From assembly GCA_963806535.1 (NCBI GenBank), contig CAWDYC010000006.1, forward strand, positions 32,001 through 96,000: 64,000 nucleotides of DNA. Direction: 5' to 3'. This DNA is from Candidatus Bathyarchaeota archaeon. Lineage in GTDB: Archaea > Thermoproteota > Bathyarchaeia > Bathyarchaeales > Bathycorpusculaceae. Below the pieces are notes generated by a model that worked only from the letters and a program-made list of their open reading frames with translations, made no database searches and was not told where the DNA came from. The translations under genes and the position numbers were made by a program. Positions 41,077 through 51,092 of this stretch are shown one piece after another; positions within the stretch are counted from its first letter, which is position 1, and every line of letters starts with the position of its first letter.

Positions 41077-41281
41077 AGAACTTCCATTTTCTAATGTTGT
41101 AGTTTTTTGATTGAACGATTGATAGCTGGAAAATCAATTGTGTTACGTGATTTTCGAATGGATAACTGATGTTGAACCCAAGTGCTCTGGATTTATCGAC
41201 TAATTCCTTGTCTAAGTTCAACACGGCATTACCAGCTGTGCCCAGTGCATTGGCACCCGAGGGGCACGCAAGAATGTTCAT
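41077..41281 (-). pseudogene. Degenerate ribbon-helix-helix (CcdA-like) ORF reading into the tRNA 3' end
   Basis: GNAVLNLDKELVDKSRALGFNIS..FENH; frame stays open through the tRNA antisense strand. Confidence 0.45.
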
Positions 41282-41371
41282 TATATGTTTGGTCTCTTTT
41301 GCATGTTTACGCGTTGATATTCAATAATCTTAAATTCGAATCGTTTTTATAGCAGAAGGAGGACCGCTATC

Positions 41372-41995
41372 ATGTTTAGCTCAAGAGAGAAATTCGAAAA
41401 AGAAGTAGCTGATTATAGAAAGCAACAGGAAGAAATTAAGCGAGAGATTAAGGAAAAAGAAGCTGAACATGCAAAAGAAGAAGCCAAACCACCAAAACTA
41501 AGAACAAGAAAATTAAGCGAAATCAACGAGGAAATAAAACAACTACAAACATATATTTGGAAATCAGAACCTAAAAAACGCTGTCCACATTGTAATATGG
41601 AGCTCTCATACGATGCAATCCTTTGTTGGGAATGCGGAGAAGTCTTTTTTGATGTCTGCCCAAAATGTAGCAGTATCCGAATTGGAATGAATGAATGGGG
41701 AGCCATCACATGTATAGAATGTGGGTTCGAGTATAGTAAACATGAACTGTTTCGAGAGCTACTCATTGGCTGTGCTGATCCAGACTCTCAATACCTGAGA
41801 ATACTTAATCAAAATCAATTATCAGGTTTAAATTGCTATAACATAGGAACCAAAAAGAACACAATTTGGGAGCTTTGCAAAGACTACAATTGTCCGTTTG
41901 AGGAAAAATGCGAATATTATTGCCCAGCGTTCTTAGCAATATTAGGCCTCATAGAAAGAGGAAAGGTAACAACAGGCTTACCTTGGGGGATATGA
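41372..41995 (+). CDS. Coiled-coil plus multi-zinc-ribbon hypothetical protein
   Basis: Four CxxC pairs after a charged helix; GGAGG SD. Confidence 0.7.
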   Translation: MFSSREKFEKEVADYRKQQEEIKREIKEKEAEHAKEEAKPPKLRTRKLSEINEEIKQLQTYIWKSEPKKRCPHCNMELSYDAILCWECGEVFFDVCPKCSSIRIGMNEWGAITCIECGFEYSKHELFRELLIGCADPDSQYLRILNQNQLSGLNCYNIGTKKNTIWELCKDYNCPFEEKCEYYCPAFLAILGLIERGKVTTGLPWGI

Positions 41996-42381
41996 CCAAA
42001 GGGGCAACTTAAATGGGTACAAGATTAGATGGAAACGACCGAAACTACTTTTGTAACTTTTCAACGCTTCTTCATAAATAGAACGCAAAGGCAAAGAGAG
42101 AAGAACTATTTCTTAATATGATAGCAATTTTGTACTTCAGGGTTAGTTTAATCAAACAAATGAGCCTTAATCAGTTTGCAGTTCTAGCATTTTATCCGAT
42201 TAATGGTGCATTTTAATTGCGCGATTTTAATAATAAGGCTTATATTATTTTTCGATTGATAGGCTCAGGTTATACGTGTGTTGCTTGAGGCCCAGATTAA
42301 TGGTAAGTATAATTGAGAAATTGCCAACAAACTTATCGCTCCGTCGATGTCAATTTTGCTTGCACCTTTCCAGTGATCTTC

Positions 42382-43528
42382 ATGAATATATTGCCCAAGC
42401 TTAAGCACAAAACGAAACGTGTATTGTTCAACGGATTTACTCCAACTCAATTTATGGTTTTCAAACCCATCTATGAAAAACTAAAGAGCGATGACCGATT
42501 TGACATTTTCTTCATGAATTCTATGAGAGACGCGAACATTTTTAGAGAATTCGGGATTCCTAAAGACAGGTTTCTTAAAGCGAAAATCGCTTTTTTCGTA
42601 AATTGGGATTTATATATTGCCTCAGATATCTTTCAACCCCGTTTTCTAAACAAGCTTTTTTTCAGGTTCGCAAATGATAAAAGGTTAGGTCATATAAGAA
42701 AGACACAAATGGTTTTACTATCTCATGGTATAAGCGAAAAAAAATATACTTTTGAGGACGACTCTAAGCGCTTCTATAGCCTGCTTGCCTAGTTATGATA
42801 AAGTTTTCTTCTCATCCAAAGCCCAATATAACAAGCTAAGCAAGCTGTATGCTGGACGCTTTGCCAAAAATTTCGAGTATGTTGGTTACCCCCGGCTTTT
42901 TCAACTAATTAATGAAACTTACGATAAAGAAAAACTCAAGAAAAAACTGAAAATACAGAATAACTTCCCTATAATCTTGTTTGCGCCAACTTGGGGACGC
43001 TACGGAAGCCTAGAGCAGTTTGGAGCACGAATAATTGAGCAATTACTGTCACTAAACGCAAATGTCTTGTTCAAAATGCATGATAATACTTACCTTAAAA
43101 TCTCTTATACAATTGAGAAAAATCAAATAAACCTTGACAAGTTCAAAAGGATTCCAAATTTTCACATAATTAATGACTACGATATTTACCCATATTTGCA
43201 CTTAACTGACATGTTGATTGCTGATTACGGTTCATTAATTTTCGAATATCTAACACTACAAAAACCAGCTATCTTTCTGGATTTAAGCTTACATAACAGC
43301 CAAATCGTGAGCAATGTTCACAAGCTTGAGCTTCTCAGAAAATCATGTATTACTATTTCCTCGCCCAACGAGTTAGAAGAAGCTTTGAATTTGGCTAAGG
43401 CAGACTCTAGCAAATTAAGAGGTTGCAGACAAGAATTAGTCAAAGAATATGTTGAAAGTGCTCCTTGCGCAGTAGAACATATCGTTAAATCTATCTGCAA
43501 CCTTTTGAATTTTAGCAACTCAAATTAG
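42382..43528 (+). CDS. CDP-glycerol glycerophosphotransferase (TagB/TagF-like) family (frameshift near 42780)
   Basis: HGIS.K, GYPR, LFAPTW, KMH and IADYGSLIFEY motifs. Confidence 0.8.
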
Positions 43529-43542
43529 CGAGAGTGTTATAG

Positions 43543-44391
43543 CTGAAAGCAGTTAACGATGAATTACAAGAACAAGTTCAAGACACTGATAAACAAAGAA
43601 GTGTTGATGACCGATTCAATTCAGAAGTTGAATTTTGGAACGACATTTATAAAAAAGAAACTGTACTCTCGTATATTCTAAGACAACGTCAGGCCACAGT
43701 ACTTCGATTTATTGACGAATTACCACTTCCTAATGGCTCACGAGCACTTGAAATTGGCTGCGGAACAGGATTATTGGCAATTTCTTTAGCTAAAAAGGGT
43801 TTTACTGTAAACGCTGTGGACCATGCAATGGCTATGGTTGAGCGTACCAAAAAACTGATATTACAAAAAAACATGAATGAAATCGTTTTTGCAAGCATTG
43901 AAGATGCTCACGAATTCACATTTAAGGATAATACTTTTGATTTAGTAGTTGCAATAGGGGTAATTCACTGGCTACACAATGTTAAGCAAGTCCTCAACGA
44001 AATCACACGAGTTTTGAAGCCTCGAGGATACGCTGTTTTAAGTATAGATACTCGTTGGTTATCGCAAGTAGATTTTCCAATGATAGCTCGAGGAATAATA
44101 AATAGTAAACTTCAGCAAATAGGACTCTTAACTCAGCATTCAAATAGATATACGGGTCCGATCTGGTATTCCACAAAGCAGTTTAACCAATACCTTACAG
44201 AAACAAAGCTGGAGCTTGTCAAGAGAAAAACTGTGGGTTTTTTGCCTTTCAACCTTTTCAGTAAACAGTTGTTATCTGAAAGAAACAGCCTGAAAATAAG
44301 CTTGAAACTTCAAAGATACGCTGACGTCGGATATCCTATCTTGCGTTCACGAGGAGCAATTTACGTAGTCTCATTAAGAAATCGCAAATGA
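43543..44391 (+). CDS. Class I SAM-dependent methyltransferase (probable CTG start)
   Basis: Motif I LEIGCGTG lies upstream of the track start. FDLVV and RVLKPRG motifs. Frame is open to CTG 43543. Confidence 0.85.
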   Translation: MKAVNDELQEQVQDTDKQRSVDDRFNSEVEFWNDIYKKETVLSYILRQRQATVLRFIDELPLPNGSRALEIGCGTGLLAISLAKKGFTVNAVDHAMAMVERTKKLILQKNMNEIVFASIEDAHEFTFKDNTFDLVVAIGVIHWLHNVKQVLNEITRVLKPRGYAVLSIDTRWLSQVDFPMIARGIINSKLQQIGLLTQHSNRYTGPIWYSTKQFNQYLTETKLELVKRKTVGFLPFNLFSKQLLSERNSLKISLKLQRYADVGYPILRSRGAIYVVSLRNRK

Positions 44392-44410
44392 ATGGCAAGG
44401 ACTAAATCGA

Positions 44411-45553
44411 TTGACAATTAACCTATTAGTATTAACAAGCTATTTTGCAATGGAACCAATGGATATTCAGGGCGGAGTGGGTTACAGATATGCAGGATTA
44501 TATGGTTTATTAATAAAAAAATTGCTGGATACAAAACCGGAGTCAAAAGTTTTTTGGTATTCACACAGCGATACTTTAGTTCGAAGCATTGACAAAAAAG
44601 GCATTATTAATCAAAAAATGTCCATGTTACAAGCTGTGTCCTATGCATTTAACAAAAGTTCGAAAGAAAAAACAAAGCTTGTTGTAATAATAGCATTTCC
44701 TCACGGTTGCCCCAAAACAATAAAAGTACTTGATTACTTATTCAGCCTCATAATTTTGAGGCTCGCTTATCCATATGTCAAGATCTTTGTTGACTATTTT
44801 GACCCTCCAATTCAAGCAAGATATGCCTTCAACGCAAGACCACCCTCAATCTTTACGAGAGCATATTTTCAATTACTAGAAATGTTAACTCTAAAATTCG
44901 CAACCAAGATAATTTCGCTCAACAAATTTTGGGTTAAAGACTTAGTTAAACGGTATAGATTGAGCTCTCAAAAATTTTTAATTATCCCCAACGGTGCCCT
45001 AATTAACTTAATTGAGTATCGCCCGCCTGTTCTTCAAGGGCCAGTTAAGATTCTGTATGCAGGTATAGCAGCTAAGAGCAGAGGCATTGATAATCTGATA
45101 CATGCGGTCTCTAAATTGAATAAAGAGGGCTTGAAAACCACTCTATACATTGGAAGTGGAACCATGCCATTACCAAACTGGGTTAGCGCCTTTCAGCTTA
45201 ATTGGCCAGAATTCGTTCAAAAGATACTTTTGCCCTCCGATATTTGTGTGCTCCCTTACCCTCCTGGCAAGATATTTTTTGACCGTATTCCTTCCGTTAA
45301 GTTATTTGACTATATGGCCGCAGGAAAACCAGTGATATCAACTGACCTGCCAGAAGTCGAAGAAATTTTTACTTCTTTCAACTGCGGACTAGTAACTAAG
45401 GATTGGAATCAATTCAAACAACACATAGAAAAACTAAGTCATGACAAAGAACTAGCCAAAACTCTTGGGATGAACGGACGTGAAGCTGTCCTAACTTATT
45501 TTGATTATGATAAGCTGGCAAAAAAGCTTTTACAAAATGTTCTCAAAGAATAG
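44411..45553 (+). CDS. GT4 (GT-B) glycosyltransferase
   Basis: IIPNG and KLFDYMAAGKPVI motifs. Confidence 0.88.
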   Translation: MTINLLVLTSYFAMEPMDIQGGVGYRYAGLYGLLIKKLLDTKPESKVFWYSHSDTLVRSIDKKGIINQKMSMLQAVSYAFNKSSKEKTKLVVIIAFPHGCPKTIKVLDYLFSLIILRLAYPYVKIFVDYFDPPIQARYAFNARPPSIFTRAYFQLLEMLTLKFATKIISLNKFWVKDLVKRYRLSSQKFLIIPNGALINLIEYRPPVLQGPVKILYAGIAAKSRGIDNLIHAVSKLNKEGLKTTLYIGSGTMPLPNWVSAFQLNWPEFVQKILLPSDICVLPYPPGKIFFDRIPSVKLFDYMAAGKPVISTDLPEVEEIFTSFNCGLVTKDWNQFKQHIEKLSHDKELAKTLGMNGREAVLTYFDYDKLAKKLLQNVLKE

Positions 45554-45581
45554 AAAGAACAATAATGCTGGGTAGAAAAAA

Positions 45582-46745
45582 ATGAGGATTGCGATTTACG
45601 CTCCTTACCTTCAAGTTTCAGGGGGAGGAGAGAAGTACATAGGTAGCATTGCCGAGATTCTTAGTGCCAGGAACACAGTCGATTTCATAGCATTCAAAAA
45701 ACCGAATTTAGAAAAAATTGGCAAGAACTTGAACCTCAACTTAACCAAAGTTGGCGTCCAACTATTAGCGCTAGACAAGCGCCCACACGTAAATGCTTAC
45801 AGAGTTTCTCAGGCTACTAGACATTATGACCTTTTTCTTAATCAAGAACATTTTACAGTGATTCGATCTTTGGCTAAAACAGGAATATTAATTTGTGAAG
45901 TTCCACCAACAAACACCAACACTAAGCCGATGCTTTCTCCAGTTACATGCAGGAGCAAAGGGCAGATTCTCAACCGAATGGTACTCCGAGCATTTTTTGA
46001 TCCCGCACTTAAGAGCTATGACAAAGTATTATGCAACTCCGGCTTCACACAAAAATGGGCTGTTCGATGGTACAGAAAAAAAGTAGAGGTACTATACCCT
46101 TCTGTAAAAGTAGAAGAAATTCGACCTTTCCAAAAACAAAAAATAATCTTAAATGTAGGCCGTTTTTTTGTTGGAGGAAATTGCAAAAAACAACTTGAAA
46201 CCATCAAAATCTTCAAAACTCTTTATGACGAAAATAGGTCTCTTTTGAAAGAATGGGAATATCATTTGGTTGGAATGTTATCTGAGGACCCGCGTGGCCA
46301 AGAATATCTCAACTCATGTACTAATGAGGCAGCTGGTTATCCAGTAAAATTTCATATTAATGTCTCTTTCCAAACCCTCAGAGAGCTATATGGCTTTTCG
46401 AGAATACTCATACATGCAACTGGTATGGCTAAGAACGAACTAGAGTCTCCTGATCTCATGGAGCATTTCGGGATTGTGCCAGTTGAAGCCATGTCCGGCG
46501 GTTGTGTTCCAATAGTCATATCTAAGGGAGGGCTTTCAGAAATAGTACAAGATGGAGTTAACGGTTTTTTATGGAGTTCTGAACAGGAGTTAAAACAAGA
46601 ACTGCTAGCTGTAATTACTGATAACGAACTATGGCAAAGATTAAGCAAAAATGCCGTTGAAAGGAGCCAACAATTTTCAGTTCAAAAATTTTACGATAGA
46701 TTGAAACAAGTGCTTGATTATCAAGGATTAGACTTTGCATACTAA
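45582..46745 (+). CDS. GT4 (GT-B) glycosyltransferase
   Basis: GGGEK, NSGFT and EHFGIVPVEAM motifs. Confidence 0.9.
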   Translation: MRIAIYAPYLQVSGGGEKYIGSIAEILSARNTVDFIAFKKPNLEKIGKNLNLNLTKVGVQLLALDKRPHVNAYRVSQATRHYDLFLNQEHFTVIRSLAKTGILICEVPPTNTNTKPMLSPVTCRSKGQILNRMVLRAFFDPALKSYDKVLCNSGFTQKWAVRWYRKKVEVLYPSVKVEEIRPFQKQKIILNVGRFFVGGNCKKQLETIKIFKTLYDENRSLLKEWEYHLVGMLSEDPRGQEYLNSCTNEAAGYPVKFHINVSFQTLRELYGFSRILIHATGMAKNELESPDLMEHFGIVPVEAMSGGCVPIVISKGGLSEIVQDGVNGFLWSSEQELKQELLAVITDNELWQRLSKNAVERSQQFSVQKFYDRLKQVLDYQGLDFAY

Positions 46746-47362
46746 ACTTTGAAGAATGAACCAATTTTGCCCTCGCACTAGAGCAGTTCTCAATAGAAAA
46801 GCCAAGTTCAAGAACACCATCGATTCGTTCAGCCATTTTCAGACTAACCTCCTTTCTCATCGGAACAAATATTTGGCAAAAAAGCTGGAACTAGAAATAG
46901 TCTTCGCTTGAATACACTCCTCGTGCATTTCAGAGTAAACTGAGCCAAATCAAACACTTGCACTAGGGTACTATAACTTGCCGAGAAAAATAAGTTCTAG
47001 GCAGTTAGCAAAAAAACTCAACCTTCAAAAATCCACTTTGGCGACTAACTGCATAAAAGCAGAACTGCGTATACTAACTAAGATACTAAAAGAATAATGC
47101 CGAGCTAGGCACTTGCAATTAAAGAGATTTCTTCCATGAAAACGCTGATTAGAGCTGAATCAAACCCATTAAGCCAAAATTCAAAAAAGGAGAAACTCGT
47201 TTGTGACATCGTCTTTTGCCTTCCTGCAAATCATAGCGGACTTACCATAATCCTGCGCTTAGTAAAACCGCAATCTTCAAATTTTAAGCAAGGGACTCAG
47301 CCCGTTTTGGGTTAGACCAAACTCGTCTCATGCACATCTACTTCCACGTTGCTGACAGCCTG

Positions 47363-49228
47363 CTAACTGGCATGTTTGCTACGATAAACTGCAAAACTGA
47401 TTAAGCTGCAACCTACACCGACAAATAGGATTGCCCAGAGCCACCATTGCATCCACAGAGGCTGCGTTTGTTGCCCAATCATATTGCTGACATGCAACTC
47501 GTCGATATTAGTGATAGAGTCGTGCCCAATGTAGAGTTCGTTTTGAGCCATAATTGGACCACTTGGGTTGGCTATTCCTGATGATACCTGGACTGCTTGT
47601 TCGGTTCCGTTAACGTAGATGTGCATTCCTGAGGTTAAGCTTCTTGTGAAAACAACATGAATCCATTGATTGAGCGGCAAAGGCTTTGTGGTATCTATTT
47701 CGTTTAATACTCCGTTTTGAGTCATGACGTAGCCGCGTAGGGCAGCCATGGGAGGTGAGCTTGAATTCTGCGGTGTTTCTCCATTAATAGCGATTCCAAG
47801 TGTTCTAACGGGCAATGATGCGGTGGTTCTTAAGCATTCAACTATGATGTTATTGTATGGAACGTTCTTAATTTGTTGTACATTTACCCAAGCATCGATT
47901 GTTACTTCTTGGGTCGTTTGCAAACTAGGAGAAGGGGGTACAAACGCGTATGATAATCCATCGAAACTTAAAGCTTGACCAAACATGCCCTGGACTTGCT
48001 TAGGAACATATGATTGGTTGCCTGCTGTTGACGCCAAGACTGCGGGGTTGTTGCCGGTTGAATCCGGAATAACACCATCTGTGGCAATATTGTCAAATGT
48101 CCAAGAAGCAACAATGCTGTTTGATTCTACTAACGCTGGATTGATTGGTGACGGTGTTTTTCCAGGGTTTGAAACATCAAACTGTGTGATGAGTGGGTAT
48201 TTGTCATTGTTGTTAGAGTTAATCATATATGGAGTATTGGCTATTCCCGAGCTGTCATTTTCAACTGCATTGGGGTATTTTGTTTGGTAGTCGCTCCAGT
48301 AGTTTCCGCCAGATGGAAAACTGTTGTCCCAGCTCTCAATAAGGAAAGTTGAATTGCCGAAAGCGTTTCGGCCGTTATTTTCAAAGTTGTTATGGTAAAA
48401 CTGGTTTGCGCGAGGAGCAGCCCCCTGAGTAGTAATAAAAACACCATATTTGTTTGCAGCAAGGTCATTGGCGGCGATTATATTGTTTGACCCCGAAAGC
48501 CATATCCCCGATTCATCATTAGACACTATCTTATTGTCAAACACCACTGAATATGAGGAACCCAAACCTATGCCTCTAAAGTTGTTCTGAAGAATGTTTC
48601 CGCTAATAACGTTCAAGTATCCGCCTAAAGCAATTCCTGAAACGGCATTCCCAAGGATACTGTTATTGCAAATGTTGTTTAATGAACCAGCATAAAACCG
48701 AATCCCATCTTTAATGCTTGATGAGATAGTGTTGTTGATTACTGTTGTAGACGATTGAAGGGCACAGAAAATTCCAATATAGTTATTCAGAAAAATATTA
48801 TCTTCGATTGAGCAGTTATCAGCCTGAACAATTATGCCAAGAGCGTTCTGCGAGCGAACCGAACTATTGGCACTTTCAATAGTAAATCCAGACACTTTCA
48901 CCCCATTAGCGGCCAAAGTGAGAACGGCAGGCTCATTCGCACCTCCTTCACCAATTATTATTGTATTTTGGTTGTCTTGGCCTTCAAACGTTAACGATTT
49001 ATTAATTTGTATGTTTTCATGGTAAATTCCTGATTTTACAAATATTATGTCGCCTTGAGAAGCATGATTAACTGCCGAAGCTATTGTCGAATAGTCATCG
49101 GGAACTACCAAAGTAGCCGATGCTCTGCTCACTTGAAGGTTAAGTGTCCATAATGCAGAAAGAAGAATAATGGTTATTGCAAGGGCTTTGATGAATTCTT
49201 TTTTCATTTTTGTCACCGTTATCTGCAA
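47363..49228 (-). CDS. Secreted NosD/parallel beta-helix protein with LamG (concanavalin-like) domain and C-terminal TM
   Basis: VPDDYSTI, PbH1 repeats, GGNYWSDY, NQWIHVV...IYVNG. Confidence 0.85.
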   Translation of the reverse strand: MQITVTKMKKEFIKALAITIILLSALWTLNLQVSRASATLVVPDDYSTIASAVNHASQGDIIFVKSGIYHENIQINKSLTFEGQDNQNTIIIGEGGANEPAVLTLAANGVKVSGFTIESANSSVRSQNALGIIVQADNCSIEDNIFLNNYIGIFCALQSSTTVINNTISSSIKDGIRFYAGSLNNICNNSILGNAVSGIALGGYLNVISGNILQNNFRGIGLGSSYSVVFDNKIVSNDESGIWLSGSNNIIAANDLAANKYGVFITTQGAAPRANQFYHNNFENNGRNAFGNSTFLIESWDNSFPSGGNYWSDYQTKYPNAVENDSSGIANTPYMINSNNNDKYPLITQFDVSNPGKTPSPINPALVESNSIVASWTFDNIATDGVIPDSTGNNPAVLASTAGNQSYVPKQVQGMFGQALSFDGLSYAFVPPSPSLQTTQEVTIDAWVNVQQIKNVPYNNIIVECLRTTASLPVRTLGIAINGETPQNSSSPPMAALRGYVMTQNGVLNEIDTTKPLPLNQWIHVVFTRSLTSGMHIYVNGTEQAVQVSSGIANPSGPIMAQNELYIGHDSITNIDELHVSNMIGQQTQPLWMQWWLWAILFVGVGCSLISFAVYRSKHAS

Positions 49229-49381
49229 GTAAGTAGAGCTATGTGCGATATTACTCTCCCTAAAGAACAGGCTGTTCTTTTAGAAGAACACCACCAAAAA
49301 ACAAAATTAAGAACTTATCGAGGAAAGACTCGTTTTAATACTTCCAATATTCTAAGCAGTTTTTAGGAGATTAGGAACTTG

Positions 49382-49549
49382 TTAGAGCTCGTATCGCCCG
49401 AAATCAAGAGAGCCACATTCTGGAGTAACAAAATAGAAGATTTTTCCGCAGTGGCTACAACGATACTCCTGATTTTTGTTTTTCTCAACTTCTAAGGAGC
49501 CACATTTAGGACAGCGAATTTCAACGTTTGTCGTTATTCTACCTTCCAA
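49382..49549 (-). CDS. 55-aa zinc-ribbon protein (absent from ORF track)
   Basis: MEGRITTNVEIRCPKCGSLEVEKNKNQEYRCSHCGKIFYFVTPECGSLDFGRYEL. Confidence 0.65.
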   Translation of the reverse strand: MEGRITTNVEIRCPKCGSLEVEKNKNQEYRCSHCGKIFYFVTPECGSLDFGRYEL

Positions 49550-49890
49550 GTTTAGCGTTAAACTAGTTTATTATTAAAGATTTTGGACAATATTGACTTT
49601 AGTAAAGGGGCAAGGTTTTTGAGCATCGTTGTTTTCTATTGCCTGCCAAGGTTGAAGAATTTGTCTAAAAAAGCAAAGAAAGCTGAAGGTTTAGAAAAGC
49701 ATAAGCAACTACAACGAGAAAAAGATCAGAAACGAAAAGAGAAAAAACAGGTTTCTCTCCCAGCAAAACACGCCTCTAAAGGCAAAAAATAGTTTTGCTT
49801 GAACAGATTTTGCATTAATCCACTTTTTCATTTGTTGACTTTTTGTTTCTGATTTTTGGTTAATCGGCTTAGTTTTTCCAGGAAATTATT

Positions 49891-51092
49891 TTAGTCGTAG
49901 CTTTCGCGGATGACAATAACAATGAATTGCCCTAGTTTTGTCTTTACCAAATTAGAGTATAATTTTACGTGCATTGGAGATTTGTTCTTGCGCAAATGAA
50001 TCATTTCAAGACTGGTCTCTCCTTTTTCAACAATGTGTCTTAGGAACGAATTAACTGAGGGAGCATCTTTTGATGGAAGAAGTGAGCGAATATTCATGTT
50101 GAGGAATTCGTCAAGGCTGTAGCCATATACTTTTGATGCTGCTTCATTTGCATATTCAAAGTCGCCTTTGTCATTTAGAAGAAATATGGCTTCTCCTGCA
50201 TTGTCAAGAATTGTTGCTCTTAGTTTAAGCCCTTCTTCTGTCTTTCGATGTTCTTGAATTTCACGACTTAATTCTTCGTTTGCTTTTGCACATTCAGCTG
50301 TTCGCTCTGCCACTACATGCTCAAGTCGGTGTCGATATTTGTTTAGTTCAGCTTCGATCTCTTTGTTTTTGGTGATGTCTATGGATAAAATCAGGATTCC
50401 TTCAGGTACAGGGTTAATGTGAAGTTCAAACCAGCCTTTGGATCCATCTGGGAATGTAAATTCGTTATCCAATTGATGCGGGACACGATTTGTCATGCAG
50501 TTTCGTAGATGACTGAACATTTCTGTTCTATCTATACCTGGATAAACCTGCATCATTGTGTAACCTAACAATTCTCTCTTTGGTTTTGCGTCCCTGTTTA
50601 GCCGCAGCCTCATTTACGTATACATAACGCCAATCATAATCGATAATTTGGCAACCCTCAATCATGTAATCAAGTGAAATCTGAAGTCGGTTTTCAACTT
50701 CTTTTAACGATTTTTCCTTTTGTTTCCGTTCAGTAACGTCATCCGCTGAGCTAAGCATGCCAATGGTGTTACCTTTTTCGTCGCTGACAAGCAGGTTATG
50801 GAAGTTAAATGTCCGTTCTTCTCCTTGTTTAGTAATTAATGGATATTCAAAATGCAAATGACGAAGATTTCCACTTAAGGCATCATGAAATAAACGTTTG
50901 GCTTCTGCTTTTTTTGCTGTTGGAACAAAGTTTTCAAACCAATTTTTGCCCTTTAATTTCATTGCTTGAATAGCCGAGAATTTCGCATGCTTTTTTGTTT
51001 ATGTCGACGACGACTTCATCGCTGCTTATGGCGATCATGAAGACGTCTGTTTGGTCAAAAAACGATTGTGCTAAACTATTTTTTGTTTCCAA
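49891..51092 (-). CDS. Three-PAS-domain protein without output domain (two indels)
   Basis: PAS motifs INKKACEILGYS, VNEAAA..G and ANEAASKVYGYS; DVTE/DITK linkers. TTG start overlaps the glgP end. Confidence 0.75.

Noticed and set aside
46750-47350. Possible degraded gene or RNA after the GT4 genes
   Set aside because: Only short stems and interrupted frames; nothing identifiable.
49583-49792. Lys-rich 69-aa ORF
   Set aside because: Low-complexity A-rich sequence with no family signal; left uncalled.
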